Shown here one piece after another: positions 38,601 to 45,016 of a stretch of 64,000 nucleotides of DNA. A model generated the notes under the pieces. That model worked only from the letters and a program-made list of their open reading frames with translations, searched no databases and was not told where the DNA came from. The stretch lies in IMG/VR virus record IMGVR_UViG_3300009431_000004; one strand, written 5' to 3'. Each line of letters starts with the position of its first letter. Positions within the stretch are counted from its first letter, which is position 1. The DNA is from a virus. Position numbers and translations under genes: made by a program.

Positions 38601-41139
38601 CCGCGATGTCCTGCAAAGGCGGGTAGTTCAGGAAGTAGAAAGGTGTCGGCGGGACATCCTTGGTGAGGATTCCGTCTTCGATACGGTCACGGTCCCGAAT
38701 GTCCGGGGTGGCATCGGCCCGGTCCAAGTTGATGGGGCTGCGGGCCATCCCCAGAGCTGCCCCCGAGTCCGGGAGCCAGTTCTCGACCCCGCCGTCCGCC
38801 CTCCAACCGGGCAGGAATCCCAGCACGGCGGCCCCGGACAAGTCCTTCACCGGGACGCCCCCGGAACCCAGCGCACCCCAGCCAACTTCGATTGACCCCG
38901 TGTCCGGGTCGGCTGCTTCGAGGACCACGCGACCATTCTGGGCGTAGGCCGCCCCGGCGGGAAGTGGGGGAACCGAGTTGGCCATGAGGTCCGCCGCGAC
39001 CTCCTCGGGCGTGTAGAAGCTCTGGGCTGTCGGAGCTGTCCATTCGTAGGGCGTCCCGTCGATGGCGAAGTAGAGGGTCTGGGCCTCCTCGAACCGGAAG
39101 ATGTCACGGTTGCGGGAGATGAGCCGGGCCTGCGTCGTGTAGGTCGCCGGGGTCACGGTCGCCTGAAGGAAGTAGACCGGCTCGCCCGGCGTGCCTCCCT
39201 GCCAGTCGTCCAAGTCGTCCCTGCTCAACATGACGCGGGAACCGTGCGCCCCCATCTCGCGGGCCACGTAGGCTTCGCCCTTCTGGACCTTGTAAGGCTG
39301 GGAGGGCAGGTCGTCTTCGCGGTCCACCACAAGGACTGCTGCGACCGCACCCTTCTTCGAGAAGATGATGGTGTCGCCTACTCCATCCGTGACCTGCCGC
39401 AGGCGGCCCGTGTTCTGGCCCGTGGAATCATCTCCACCGGGTCGCACGCTCGCGTCGAGCAGCGGGTACTTGGGGACAGCTCCCGTGGCGTCCGGCGCAT
39501 CCAACATCCCGGACTTGCCAAGTCCGCGATATGGGTCCGAACCCACGAAGTTCTCGGGCAACACCTCCTCACAGGGCAGGTAGTATTCCGTGGCAGTGCC
39601 GACGATGGCGACACCGCCAGACTCGTTCAGGAGCTTGGTTGGCTCCTTGGTCGGCTGCGAGATGGCATTGAGGGCCACCCCGTCGTACACCACGTCCTCG
39701 CCCAAGAAGTGCTTGTCGAAGTGAACCGAGTCCGGGTCGGACTTGGCCACGTCTTCCGGGCTGAGGCGCAGGCGGCCCGTGGACAGGGACAGAACGACCT
39801 GACCCACTGCGGGACTGGCCGCCGCTTCGAGCAGAGCGTCTGTCGCCACGAGGATGGGCTGAAGGTATCGCCGGTTGCCGAGCTTCAGAAGGGGCCGGTC
39901 CGTCGGGCCGGGGATGGGCGCGAGGAACAGCGGTTGGAAGTCCGCGTCCCGCAGTGGGCCAACAATCCCGTCCGCCGTCTCGAAGAAGTGCTTGTAGCTG
40001 TACCAGATGGTCTTGCCAGCGTGCTGTGCCGCGTAGGCGGGGTTGAACTCCAACTTGCCGTTGGAGCGGCCCATGACCGCCTTGGCCGTGGGGTCGTTGG
40101 AAAAGTCGTAACCGTCCTCGACCTCGCTATCCGGGCGAATCCGAATCATGTCCACCGGGGTACTCGCCGCTCCGGGGTTCTCCCCGAGGCGAATCATGGC
40201 GTAGGCATCCGGTGTGGCCGAATCGCCCGGCAGGTAGGAGTTGACCGGCAGATTCGTGACCTTGGGGTCGAGCTGGTACATCTCGTCGAGGAGCAGCTTG
40301 CCCACATTGACGGAGCCGGTCCCCTTGTATGGCTCCCACTTCTGGGTCGTGCCGTTCCACCCGAACCGAGTCTCGTAACGGTCGTTGCGCGTCCACCAGA
40401 ACTTGGCCGGGGCCAGCGCGTACCGGACCTCCCGGATGCGGTCGCCCCGGTCGTTTGAGAGGCCGCCTTCAAGCACATCGAGAATCTGCCCGGTGTCGTA
40501 GGGCGGTTCCGGGATGAGGTCTTCGCGGGTCAGGCGCACGAGGCCCGCGTCTGCGTCTTGGTCCAGCGCCGTGAGCAGCACCGTGATGTAGGGCTTCGTC
40601 CCTTCCCGGATGGGGGTGGCCGACAGGTCGTCCTCGTCCGTCCAGCCCTCGTCGTCGTAGTCGTCCACGTCGCCACGGGAGATGACGAGGGCGATGATGT
40701 TCCCGATGGACCTGTCCCCGTTGTCCTGCACCACGACCCGGCTGGTCCCGTCCTCGAAGAAGCCGTAGTTCACGGGGGTCGGGTCGCCCGGAGGAATCAC
40801 CGCAGGAGTGTCGTCGGTGACTTGAAGCTCACCGATGGGGATGGTCCCGAAGCCCTCCTCGGTCCACCAGTCCGGGTCGAGCGCGACCGCGAGCTGGGCC
40901 GTGTTGGCCGCCCAGAGGAGGTACTCGACAGGCGTGGTGCCGGGAGCTTCGAGAACAGCGGTGCGGTACTGGTCGGCCCGAGCGTCCACGAACTCCGGGG
41001 ACTGGGGTTCCAAGGCGTAGATTGGCGGGACTTCCCGAGCGTCCCGGAGGACTCCCGTCACCGGCTCGCCGGTTGATGCCGAGTTCGAGGGCGCGATTCG
41101 AGGCGGCCTCAGAACCCATCCGTCAAAGGAGAAACCCAT
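29668..41139 (-). CDS. Giant baseplate/tail-associated structural protein (3823 aa)
   Basis: Uninterrupted 11.5-kb ORF between the spike and wedge genes. Beta-rich, Pro/Gly/acidic, with repeated modules. Confidence 0.75.
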   Translation of the reverse strand: MGFSFDGWVLRPPRIAPSNSASTGEPVTGVLRDAREVPPIYALEPQSPEFVDARADQYRTAVLEAPGTTPVEYLLWAANTAQLAVALDPDWWTEEGFGTIPIGELQVTDDTPAVIPPGDPTPVNYGFFEDGTSRVVVQDNGDRSIGNIIALVISRGDVDDYDDEGWTDEDDLSATPIREGTKPYITVLLTALDQDADAGLVRLTREDLIPEPPYDTGQILDVLEGGLSNDRGDRIREVRYALAPAKFWWTRNDRYETRFGWNGTTQKWEPYKGTGSVNVGKLLLDEMYQLDPKVTNLPVNSYLPGDSATPDAYAMIRLGENPGAASTPVDMIRIRPDSEVEDGYDFSNDPTAKAVMGRSNGKLEFNPAYAAQHAGKTIWYSYKHFFETADGIVGPLRDADFQPLFLAPIPGPTDRPLLKLGNRRYLQPILVATDALLEAAASPAVGQVVLSLSTGRLRLSPEDVAKSDPDSVHFDKHFLGEDVVYDGVALNAISQPTKEPTKLLNESGGVAIVGTATEYYLPCEEVLPENFVGSDPYRGLGKSGMLDAPDATGAVPKYPLLDASVRPGGDDSTGQNTGRLRQVTDGVGDTIIFSKKGAVAAVLVVDREDDLPSQPYKVQKGEAYVAREMGAHGSRVMLSRDDLDDWQGGTPGEPVYFLQATVTPATYTTQARLISRNRDIFRFEEAQTLYFAIDGTPYEWTAPTAQSFYTPEEVAADLMANSVPPLPAGAAYAQNGRVVLEAADPDTGSIEVGWGALGSGGVPVKDLSGAAVLGFLPGWRADGGVENWLPDSGAALGMARSPINLDRADATPDIRDRDRIEDGILTKDVPPTPFYFLNYPPLQDIAGFDEGVFFNLQTIITDGDDVQVVNKPLQHYRDIIHRFGQRKFDWVERDTIEGTVDTMTTTLNLGETAVSPESMLGAPGIGGGLYISPDGGPRVLQSQDNDYVLPQNGTPGTVILVERFGSRVASGAQGSFQEGGTAFTDPFADYTNPANPVQVGYRLKVGSSDAEGSYTVQAITSPTELDVLPPFPAASPNPVVWEVFQGFTRDVYDPTVIADITYKDFNHLQTEPFKVLMLSPVGAVPATTPAPPLQANMEAALSSGRLINIRYGLMLATAANTATLVELTQTELGPIANNVLDVPAVTSTRFTTESFSIRVGTVLYSHGSGLNPVASFSPDPGDAIEYLTAVSGPDPVGRLKFGSNVLTSYAAAPVWYVEEFLPAADMAALEVEYRPQTGDLNFSAADMAAFEGTTAYFVEQMITEQRRDVSLSPLLGAFAFTTPIPQDSSIEVEYWRADLEGRKVGEMITEFLPVFVRAEAAVRTARNTYTFGSEDTTIDQRIEPTVYIGPMMQNFGTTDYLVDYPRELNGKGRLTFVRTVEAHIPVTVSYAVFEAQGGEQAYESSQKPVYRPPFFIKAGVSEFGVWGDRTAEFELGQMFRIGEECFYVTKLTYYPPRTDSEGRDKGDVTGIGIFPTTTNEVGTRAPGNDVITVVTSEAVATEVTPHGGSPTPTNAPLGFMSEVDTSVFPFEPVSRGQKHITFTGDLTEFAQPGHVFELDGSPFTISEVTLNDDGTRTKISVTSGFRSGFSMDTPPLVKLSYRPIYPPESRDFLGVGPILLDEPYELVLDGETDSAGNPLPGRTLAEGVEYSLDPGTGNFQLLEPVQAALQPGQFLHLYFTRIRPLQPFLKDGVVATPRYAANFLYGAIPTEANGLLGALLTATYTFYNPDSFYFRCVRLPAFLGEAAREAVEEITSKQPASGAPTTAGGGDENWELGRNGLLGERSNLEDKDRAARTFLDFYNQSIEAFEQVNETISGGFIGDRDGKFRFFVGHDKDWPTPGYEDAISGLVQPRHVWSEVYNEARPDIDLTYLESDWIVAPSTVAISGGVIDGFLPDPSQLRDMTARQGQLVQNDVDDRVFIQLGKRHIARTTSFPFFDYKAKGIYARMTDQHRFSRLYPTLTRAFLMTYPGVGAEPEANDFGVYTYGRSIDGSRQSTHGETIGQLYNPVLEDITTVVTADLGLRFARGRVWAYQPDGIPAAVFTGGTEPVMAIPDPAIIAFPALLRDVPLDPDTNYPDDAQLLSQGGSIPDAGSGDYELAVPGFWQGQQLRWGRPDGTTYELYDRDNPIDVDGEPSFTGIFVREVLYGCVILLQDADDNPIADSGRVLIGLTPDSGIPLHEFPAEQGDTVFVGPPIGSMTGVGPNEFQDPPEFVDFERMANALDSYRTGFDLDIKSDGRLVDKTYPSFHDPFWFGFKELFGQKPPDPMTAIEGPVEFLYMGQNPLRVPALDGGITDDSGDYQIPYMRAGDTELDRFDEIGASFPRVMVAVDGLGNAVYPDEILGNDGEVMTAPALLPATLQTVQDPSRTGVGEGTVRPYDVILMQPPGPFATEGPMGIHTVGAVYDPQPPSPLPPGPPYGFEPPRFVAHTAPAPGGGVSDTGDPVRYTFDDAMVWLDPSQTYPDFPAPGLPGVEVIEDTALGVTILDFSSIGQFELNNGLLPAVGNLNDVWGLVGPKATNVIAIKFILRKDFAVQFWPLGASGPPFPNMSGGVIGITMFIIGPNVWTVDWDGNPLAIPAVVPGITFGDSHPAYPSPTNQQIIVQGTGWFPWFNLGGPPPPPPGQENEWFLPYVTPAPGVYRTLYGQEFSFDINTAGGESTTGWIAEDRLTFHEVYDLRMAKERGYVHPIVPLPPFVQLELESKLVVTEVLAPNPNPAPDPHYWTEVNSYTNGLDPAPPNDPIPYTFLLRHGQTEVGSWEPATAAPEAELATIKVMGFEGHGNTPITGDNVTFSAMPSNDNAEGTTNICGGVGLAAGFHNTDLTPNERRTSDNRLVIETPPALGGLALIQKGDLCVVNSSVDAAHPASTKLGTYLIRHVVEPNAGAPVRREVSPTTVAGAGNGWCPLEFPRVVDFDPATHELTITFLPQTKYTGAPLVNGKYSAFPAVGAGRVYLIRDLSALASGVVADFRYGLISAAYTSFVSPGEEAVFTLDPATYRDALNTLIATDAEFDALIGNRALQVSGMTYLPVAMGGSEYGLPDDNCVGVEDPLAERGFRHVTLCPPIQTGGADLLFTGPAGISTGAGTPLRLRENNPVGSNNFEADLTTPIYHNVVDTLDIMNVPHPQWETLNTAAPPGPTLVDCLLPGTQLAVADLAGPVVPGYWAQGGIFFEPSFPRSVANLSVLDALVVDRTHPIADPLAAVPDWEKESWFRNELEYAGTQYPGGAATTLDAREEVQYTVRSVRRWHEIMEEAGDHFRALRFAYEMRRGRINDYSTNVRQRGVVTASFVMNWNVSNPAAPLAPDVWNDGFSYDGTNLGPFDDPDVNINAGDRFRLLDDDGTLIEEVEITGVEDSVTLKLAMPGITRRTPAELTALGGMRFEIYLRQPPVPHEQSNEQLLELISDREVYRSDADWDTEEGGYVEEIPPGGDYETVVNKMYDDQLTSGSQTFGTVGVRVGDIVVIDPAGTLPQHGGLPAVPDRGARPLGDLGVTSRWPAPPHDWAGKPSELDDNRGFYRVLKVIGGATPHLEVDPISTYAGGINDTNWVTFASGTTPNREYAIYPTISDSGLTGAIAPFEGQMDLRPTAKRDPVTQTYKGNDYSIRPFSYKVIRPSGLFSDEAIDLVLTMRERMLSLVEMLRALLRGWKYGSYYEFQDKEHISDLGIVTDPESGMGVLSNAFIEEIIGELGTVPFMNNRSCLSLLDRRFWIFDLRLDRLTHADPPYQNVAMKLSAPGGTPYTAYTDDIGGGSDVRPVLPERIDLVLDESDRFRPIRYVWLAYRVHKILGTLAGIKRFDEELPERLAERERLLLLEEATESIVE

Positions 41140-41142
41140 CCG

Positions 41143-41751
41143 TTACACCACCACGCAAACCGTCGGCCCGGACATCGGAACCGGCGGAACTGTCGGCACT
41201 CCTACAACTGCACCTGCCCCAGTACCCTGTAACAATAGGCTGGCTATTCCAATGCCCAGCCCGGTTGCCATCATGCTGAGGGCTGGCCCCGGCCCCAGAG
41301 TCGCGGTCAAGGTCTGCATTAACATACCGACGAGGGAGGCCGAATTGGCCACCGTAATCTTCGAGACATCCGCCCCCACCCCGACGCCCGCCGCCGGTCC
41401 CACGTACTGGGCCGATGCGTTGAAGGCGGTCGAGATGCCGGTTGAGATGGCGAGGGCGAGGCTCTGCGCCAGAGGACCCACCATCCCGGCCCCGGCCAGC
41501 CCGGCCTGCACCAGTCCCGGATTGGGTGGCACGATGACCTTCGAGGCCACGGGGTTCACAGCTCCTCCGCCGGACACTCCGGTTGCCAACCCGGTCAAGC
41601 CGAGGTTCTGCGGCTGCATGATTCCCCACTGGGAGACTCCGTTTGCAACCCCGAGCGCCATCCGGTCGTAGTTCACCCCGCCGAAGGAGTGGATGCCCGA
41701 AGTCCGCGCCAAGGAGAGCGAGGAGTAGAGGATGCCGGGGTTCAGTGCCAT
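41143..41751 (-). CDS. Gly/Ala-rich spike-associated protein (about 202 aa)
   Basis: ATG at 41751 after GAGGAG (MALNPG...). Three LAxG(I/V)xxG(I/V)-like helical repeats. Confidence 0.65.
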   Translation of the reverse strand: MALNPGILYSSLSLARTSGIHSFGGVNYDRMALGVANGVSQWGIMQPQNLGLTGLATGVSGGGAVNPVASKVIVPPNPGLVQAGLAGAGMVGPLAQSLALAISTGISTAFNASAQYVGPAAGVGVGADVSKITVANSASLVGMLMQTLTATLGPGPALSMMATGLGIGIASLLLQGTGAGAVVGVPTVPPVPMSGPTVCVVV

Positions 41752-41758
41752 ATTCTCC

Positions 41759-42544
41759 TCAAGGCCCAACGATGTGGGACTCGACGACAAGTCGGCACAA
41801 CCGGAAGAACTCTTGCTGGTCCATGTCCCATTTCATTTGCTGCACCCGCTTGTCCACCCACTGGATGTTCCCTTCGACGTACCCCTTTCTGCTGTCGATT
41901 CGGTCTAAAGAAGCGGTCCCCTTCCGCGCCCCGACGGGCGGGAAGTGAATGGGAAGTCCGGTTAAGGCACACTTTCCGCCCTGCTTCTTGAACAAGTCCC
42001 ACACCTCTCGTAAGGACACACCGACCTCCAACCCACGAGCTTGGGCGTTGTTCAGGATGTTGGACCAGAAGGTCTTAGGTATCTTGCCCACACCCTGCCA
42101 ATTATGCGCCCTCTGCCCCCTCCGGCGACGCCCCATGGCCGAGGCGGATTCTTTGGCGAGGCAGCCACAACTTCGAGTCGTCCCATTAGAGAGGTTGGAT
42201 AAAGACACCACTTTCCGTTTCCCGCAATCACAACGACAGTCCCACCGAGTCCCCCCTGACTGCGTGCTTCTCTGATTACGACCCTCTACCACGAGCCGCC
42301 CGAATCTCTTTCCCACCATCTCTGCTTCAGGAAACGCTCTCCAAGAAGCCCCCCTCAGACACCCACAGCTTTGCGTGTGGCCGGACCGGACCTTGGTGAG
42401 AACTTTGATGACCGAAGCCCCACAGGAGCATTGAAACGTCGCCTGTGTCCGGCCATTCTTGTGGGGCGGGGCGGCCCCCCGCAGAGTAAGCTCGCCAAAC
42501 TGCTGCCCAATCAGCTCCTCAACGCTAATTTTCGGCGCACCCAT
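41759..42544 (-). CDS. HNH-type (DRID variant) homing endonuclease with two Cys-rich N-terminal repeats (about 261 aa)
   Basis: G(Q/K)xFGxL..CxCG..G.TxSCGC occurs twice. C-terminal QGGKCALTG..ASLDRIDSRKGYVEGNIQWV. Confidence 0.85.
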   Translation of the reverse strand: MGAPKISVEELIGQQFGELTLRGAAPPHKNGRTQATFQCSCGASVIKVLTKVRSGHTQSCGCLRGASWRAFPEAEMVGKRFGRLVVEGRNQRSTQSGGTRWDCRCDCGKRKVVSLSNLSNGTTRSCGCLAKESASAMGRRRRGQRAHNWQGVGKIPKTFWSNILNNAQARGLEVGVSLREVWDLFKKQGGKCALTGLPIHFPPVGARKGTASLDRIDSRKGYVEGNIQWVDKRVQQMKWDMDQQEFFRLCRLVVESHIVGP

Positions 42545-42568
42545 TGTGACCCTTTCACTGTGTTGTCT

Positions 42569-42599
42569 TGTTAGAGGGCGTCCCATAAACTAACTACCG
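42569..42599 (-). promoter_or_regulatory. Putative phage late promoter variant driving the HNH gene
   Basis: CGGT-AGTTAGT-TTAT overlaps the spike stop codon. The downstream element is degenerate (AACA). Confidence 0.45.
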
Positions 42600-45016
42600 A
42601 CGATATGGGACTTGGCTCCCATGCCAAAAGTAGAGAAAGGCAAATTCGTGAAGGGGTCGAGCGACCCGGCACAGATGATTGGCCCTTGGTCCGGCCCAGA
42701 GATGGGGCCACCGAGATAGACCCCGGAACCTCCCTTGAGCGTGGCTGTCCCTGCGGCAGAGGAAACCGTGGCCGCCGCCTGACCTTCCATCGTGGCCGTC
42801 CCGGCGGATGCCTTCAACGAGACGTTCCCCGCCTTGGCCGCCCCGGTGATGCCCGATGAACTCAGCTCCATGCTGCTTGTGACTGCCTTGGCCTTCCACA
42901 CACCGAGCTTCAGGTCGAAGGTCATGTTGCCGACGAGAATCTCCGTCTTGTGGTTTCCGAGGGTGAACTTTTCTCGCCGGTCCCCCGAGGTATAGGTGAC
43001 TTTTTCTGCAACCATTCCGGGGAACGCGGGCGAGTAATTCCGCTCATGGAGCGGCCCCGAGGTCGGGAGAAGCCCTTTCGGCCCGGCGTAACTTTCTTGG
43101 GCCTTCCCGTTGACAGTCTTGTGAAAAGCGTCCGTCGTGAGGGACATCGACTTGGTGGCATTCAGGTCCATATTCTGGTGGGCCGTGACCTGCACCGAGG
43201 TCGCGTTGCCGTCGATGATGTTGCCCTTCAGGAACACGGTCTTCTCGGCCTTCACCCGGACATTGGTGCGCCCTTGGATGTCCACCGACGGCAGGTTGCC
43301 GGAGCCTTGGCCCGAACCCGAGACGGACTCCACCTTGTCCGAGGCGTCCTTCGGCCCTCCGCCCCCGAAAATCTTGACCTGCCCGGCCTCGGACGAGAGG
43401 TCGAGACTGTTTTGGCTCCGGGTGCCGAGACTCACATGGCCGTTGAGCAGCAGTTCGAGTTTCCCGCCCATGCCGAGCTTCAGGCCGCCGTGGAGGTATG
43501 CCTCGATGGACGACTCTCCCGGAGGACCCCCGATGGATGCCTTGAGCTGCCCCTTCTTGTTGAGGGACCAGAACGTCTCCGGGCCGCCGGGTCCGATGGG
43601 CGGTGTCAGCTTCATCAGCGTGGCAGCCTGTTCTTCCAGCGGGGTCGGCTGAACCCCGGACCCCGGAAGAGGGATGTTGGCCGCTTCGAGCCGTGGGGAA
43701 GGAGTCGTTCCATCGAAGATAATGGCTTGGAGGGGCAGGCCGTACATGGTCCGGCCCTGCTGGGAGAACGGGTCGTTCCCGACCACCGACCCCATCACGC
43801 ACTCGATGAAAGGCATGTTCGGCGGCAGCCCCTCGGGAGCTGAGGACGGGTCAGTCGAGGGAAGCCGCTCCGCGTCGAACCCGTCCGTCTGCTCGGTGAC
43901 AGGGAGGCGGCCATCCGAGGTGTGTGTCACGTCGATGCGGTACTCGGTCAGGGTCGGTTTGTCCGGGTCGAGGTGCGCGTTATCCCGAGACTGGGAGGAC
44001 ACACGGTAGATAATTTTCCCACCGTAGATAGCGTCCGGCTCTTGTGTGCCGGGGGCCACGAAGCCCGTCTCGTCGATGAATCCGCCGAGACGCATGAACT
44101 CGTAGGGGTCGAGGTACGGGTTGTCCCCGAGGAAGCTGCGCCCGAGATAGCCGCCTTCCGCATCCTTGAGGCCCTTCCGCAGGATACGGGCAGGAGTCAG
44201 GAAACCTTCAGGAGACTGCTGGTCTGTCGGCAGGCCAAGGTCACTGACCGGCTCCTTCGCGGATGCTTGGCGGCTGCCATCCCAAAGATTGTCATCCCCC
44301 ACCATGGAAGGGTGAAGGGCCAGTGCGTCCCGTTGCACCATCCCGGCGTAGACTCGCGCCCCAGCAAGAGCTTGGAAACTCTGCAAGGCCCGAAGAATGG
44401 CCGCTTGGTCTTGGTCCCGCAGGCGGAACTCATTACCACGCCTGTTGGCGAGCCGGACGCTTTCGTCCAGAATGAAATCCGCCCCCTGAGACGAGCTGGC
44501 CACCACGTTACCGGGCTGGGCGTGCCGGAGTTTGTGTCGGACGCGGTTGTAGGCACCTTCCGCGAACTGCCGGTCCACAGGGGACTCTTGGTCGAACTCG
44601 TCCACTCCGAATTCGCCAGTCGTCAGCCACTCACGACCGGGCCAGACTCCGGGGATAATCCACGTCAGAATCACGGGGGAGCGGGTGCCTTGGGAGTTGC
44701 TGCTCTCCTGTGGCAGCCAGCCGATGATGCAAGTGTCCCCCACCTCGGGCATTGCGCCGAAGAAGTGCCTCGCCCCTGCTCCGGGGAAGGTCAACGGGAT
44801 GGGCACACGCTCGAAGGTGTCGGACGCCCCTGTGAGCGTCTGTAGAGTGACGTAGAACTCCTCGTAGTCGATGGTGACGACCTTGGCGACCCCCAGACCC
44901 CAACCCGTCTCCGGGCGCATCTTCTTGAGGTCGGTCTTCGCCTTGGTCGTGGTGGAACGCATCGCCCCGCGAGAAACGGTATCCAGCACTCCTACAGGTC
45001 TGCGGGTTTCCGGCAT
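42590..45016 (-). CDS. Baseplate central spike (gpV/gp5/VgrG C-terminal-like), 808 aa
   Basis: OB-fold-like N-terminus AKVVTIDYE..MPEVGDTCIIGW. C-terminal short beta-strand repeats. Follows the hub gene. Confidence 0.75.
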   Translation of the reverse strand: MPETRRPVGVLDTVSRGAMRSTTTKAKTDLKKMRPETGWGLGVAKVVTIDYEEFYVTLQTLTGASDTFERVPIPLTFPGAGARHFFGAMPEVGDTCIIGWLPQESSNSQGTRSPVILTWIIPGVWPGREWLTTGEFGVDEFDQESPVDRQFAEGAYNRVRHKLRHAQPGNVVASSSQGADFILDESVRLANRRGNEFRLRDQDQAAILRALQSFQALAGARVYAGMVQRDALALHPSMVGDDNLWDGSRQASAKEPVSDLGLPTDQQSPEGFLTPARILRKGLKDAEGGYLGRSFLGDNPYLDPYEFMRLGGFIDETGFVAPGTQEPDAIYGGKIIYRVSSQSRDNAHLDPDKPTLTEYRIDVTHTSDGRLPVTEQTDGFDAERLPSTDPSSAPEGLPPNMPFIECVMGSVVGNDPFSQQGRTMYGLPLQAIIFDGTTPSPRLEAANIPLPGSGVQPTPLEEQAATLMKLTPPIGPGGPETFWSLNKKGQLKASIGGPPGESSIEAYLHGGLKLGMGGKLELLLNGHVSLGTRSQNSLDLSSEAGQVKIFGGGGPKDASDKVESVSGSGQGSGNLPSVDIQGRTNVRVKAEKTVFLKGNIIDGNATSVQVTAHQNMDLNATKSMSLTTDAFHKTVNGKAQESYAGPKGLLPTSGPLHERNYSPAFPGMVAEKVTYTSGDRREKFTLGNHKTEILVGNMTFDLKLGVWKAKAVTSSMELSSSGITGAAKAGNVSLKASAGTATMEGQAAATVSSAAGTATLKGGSGVYLGGPISGPDQGPIICAGSLDPFTNLPFSTFGMGAKSHIVGS

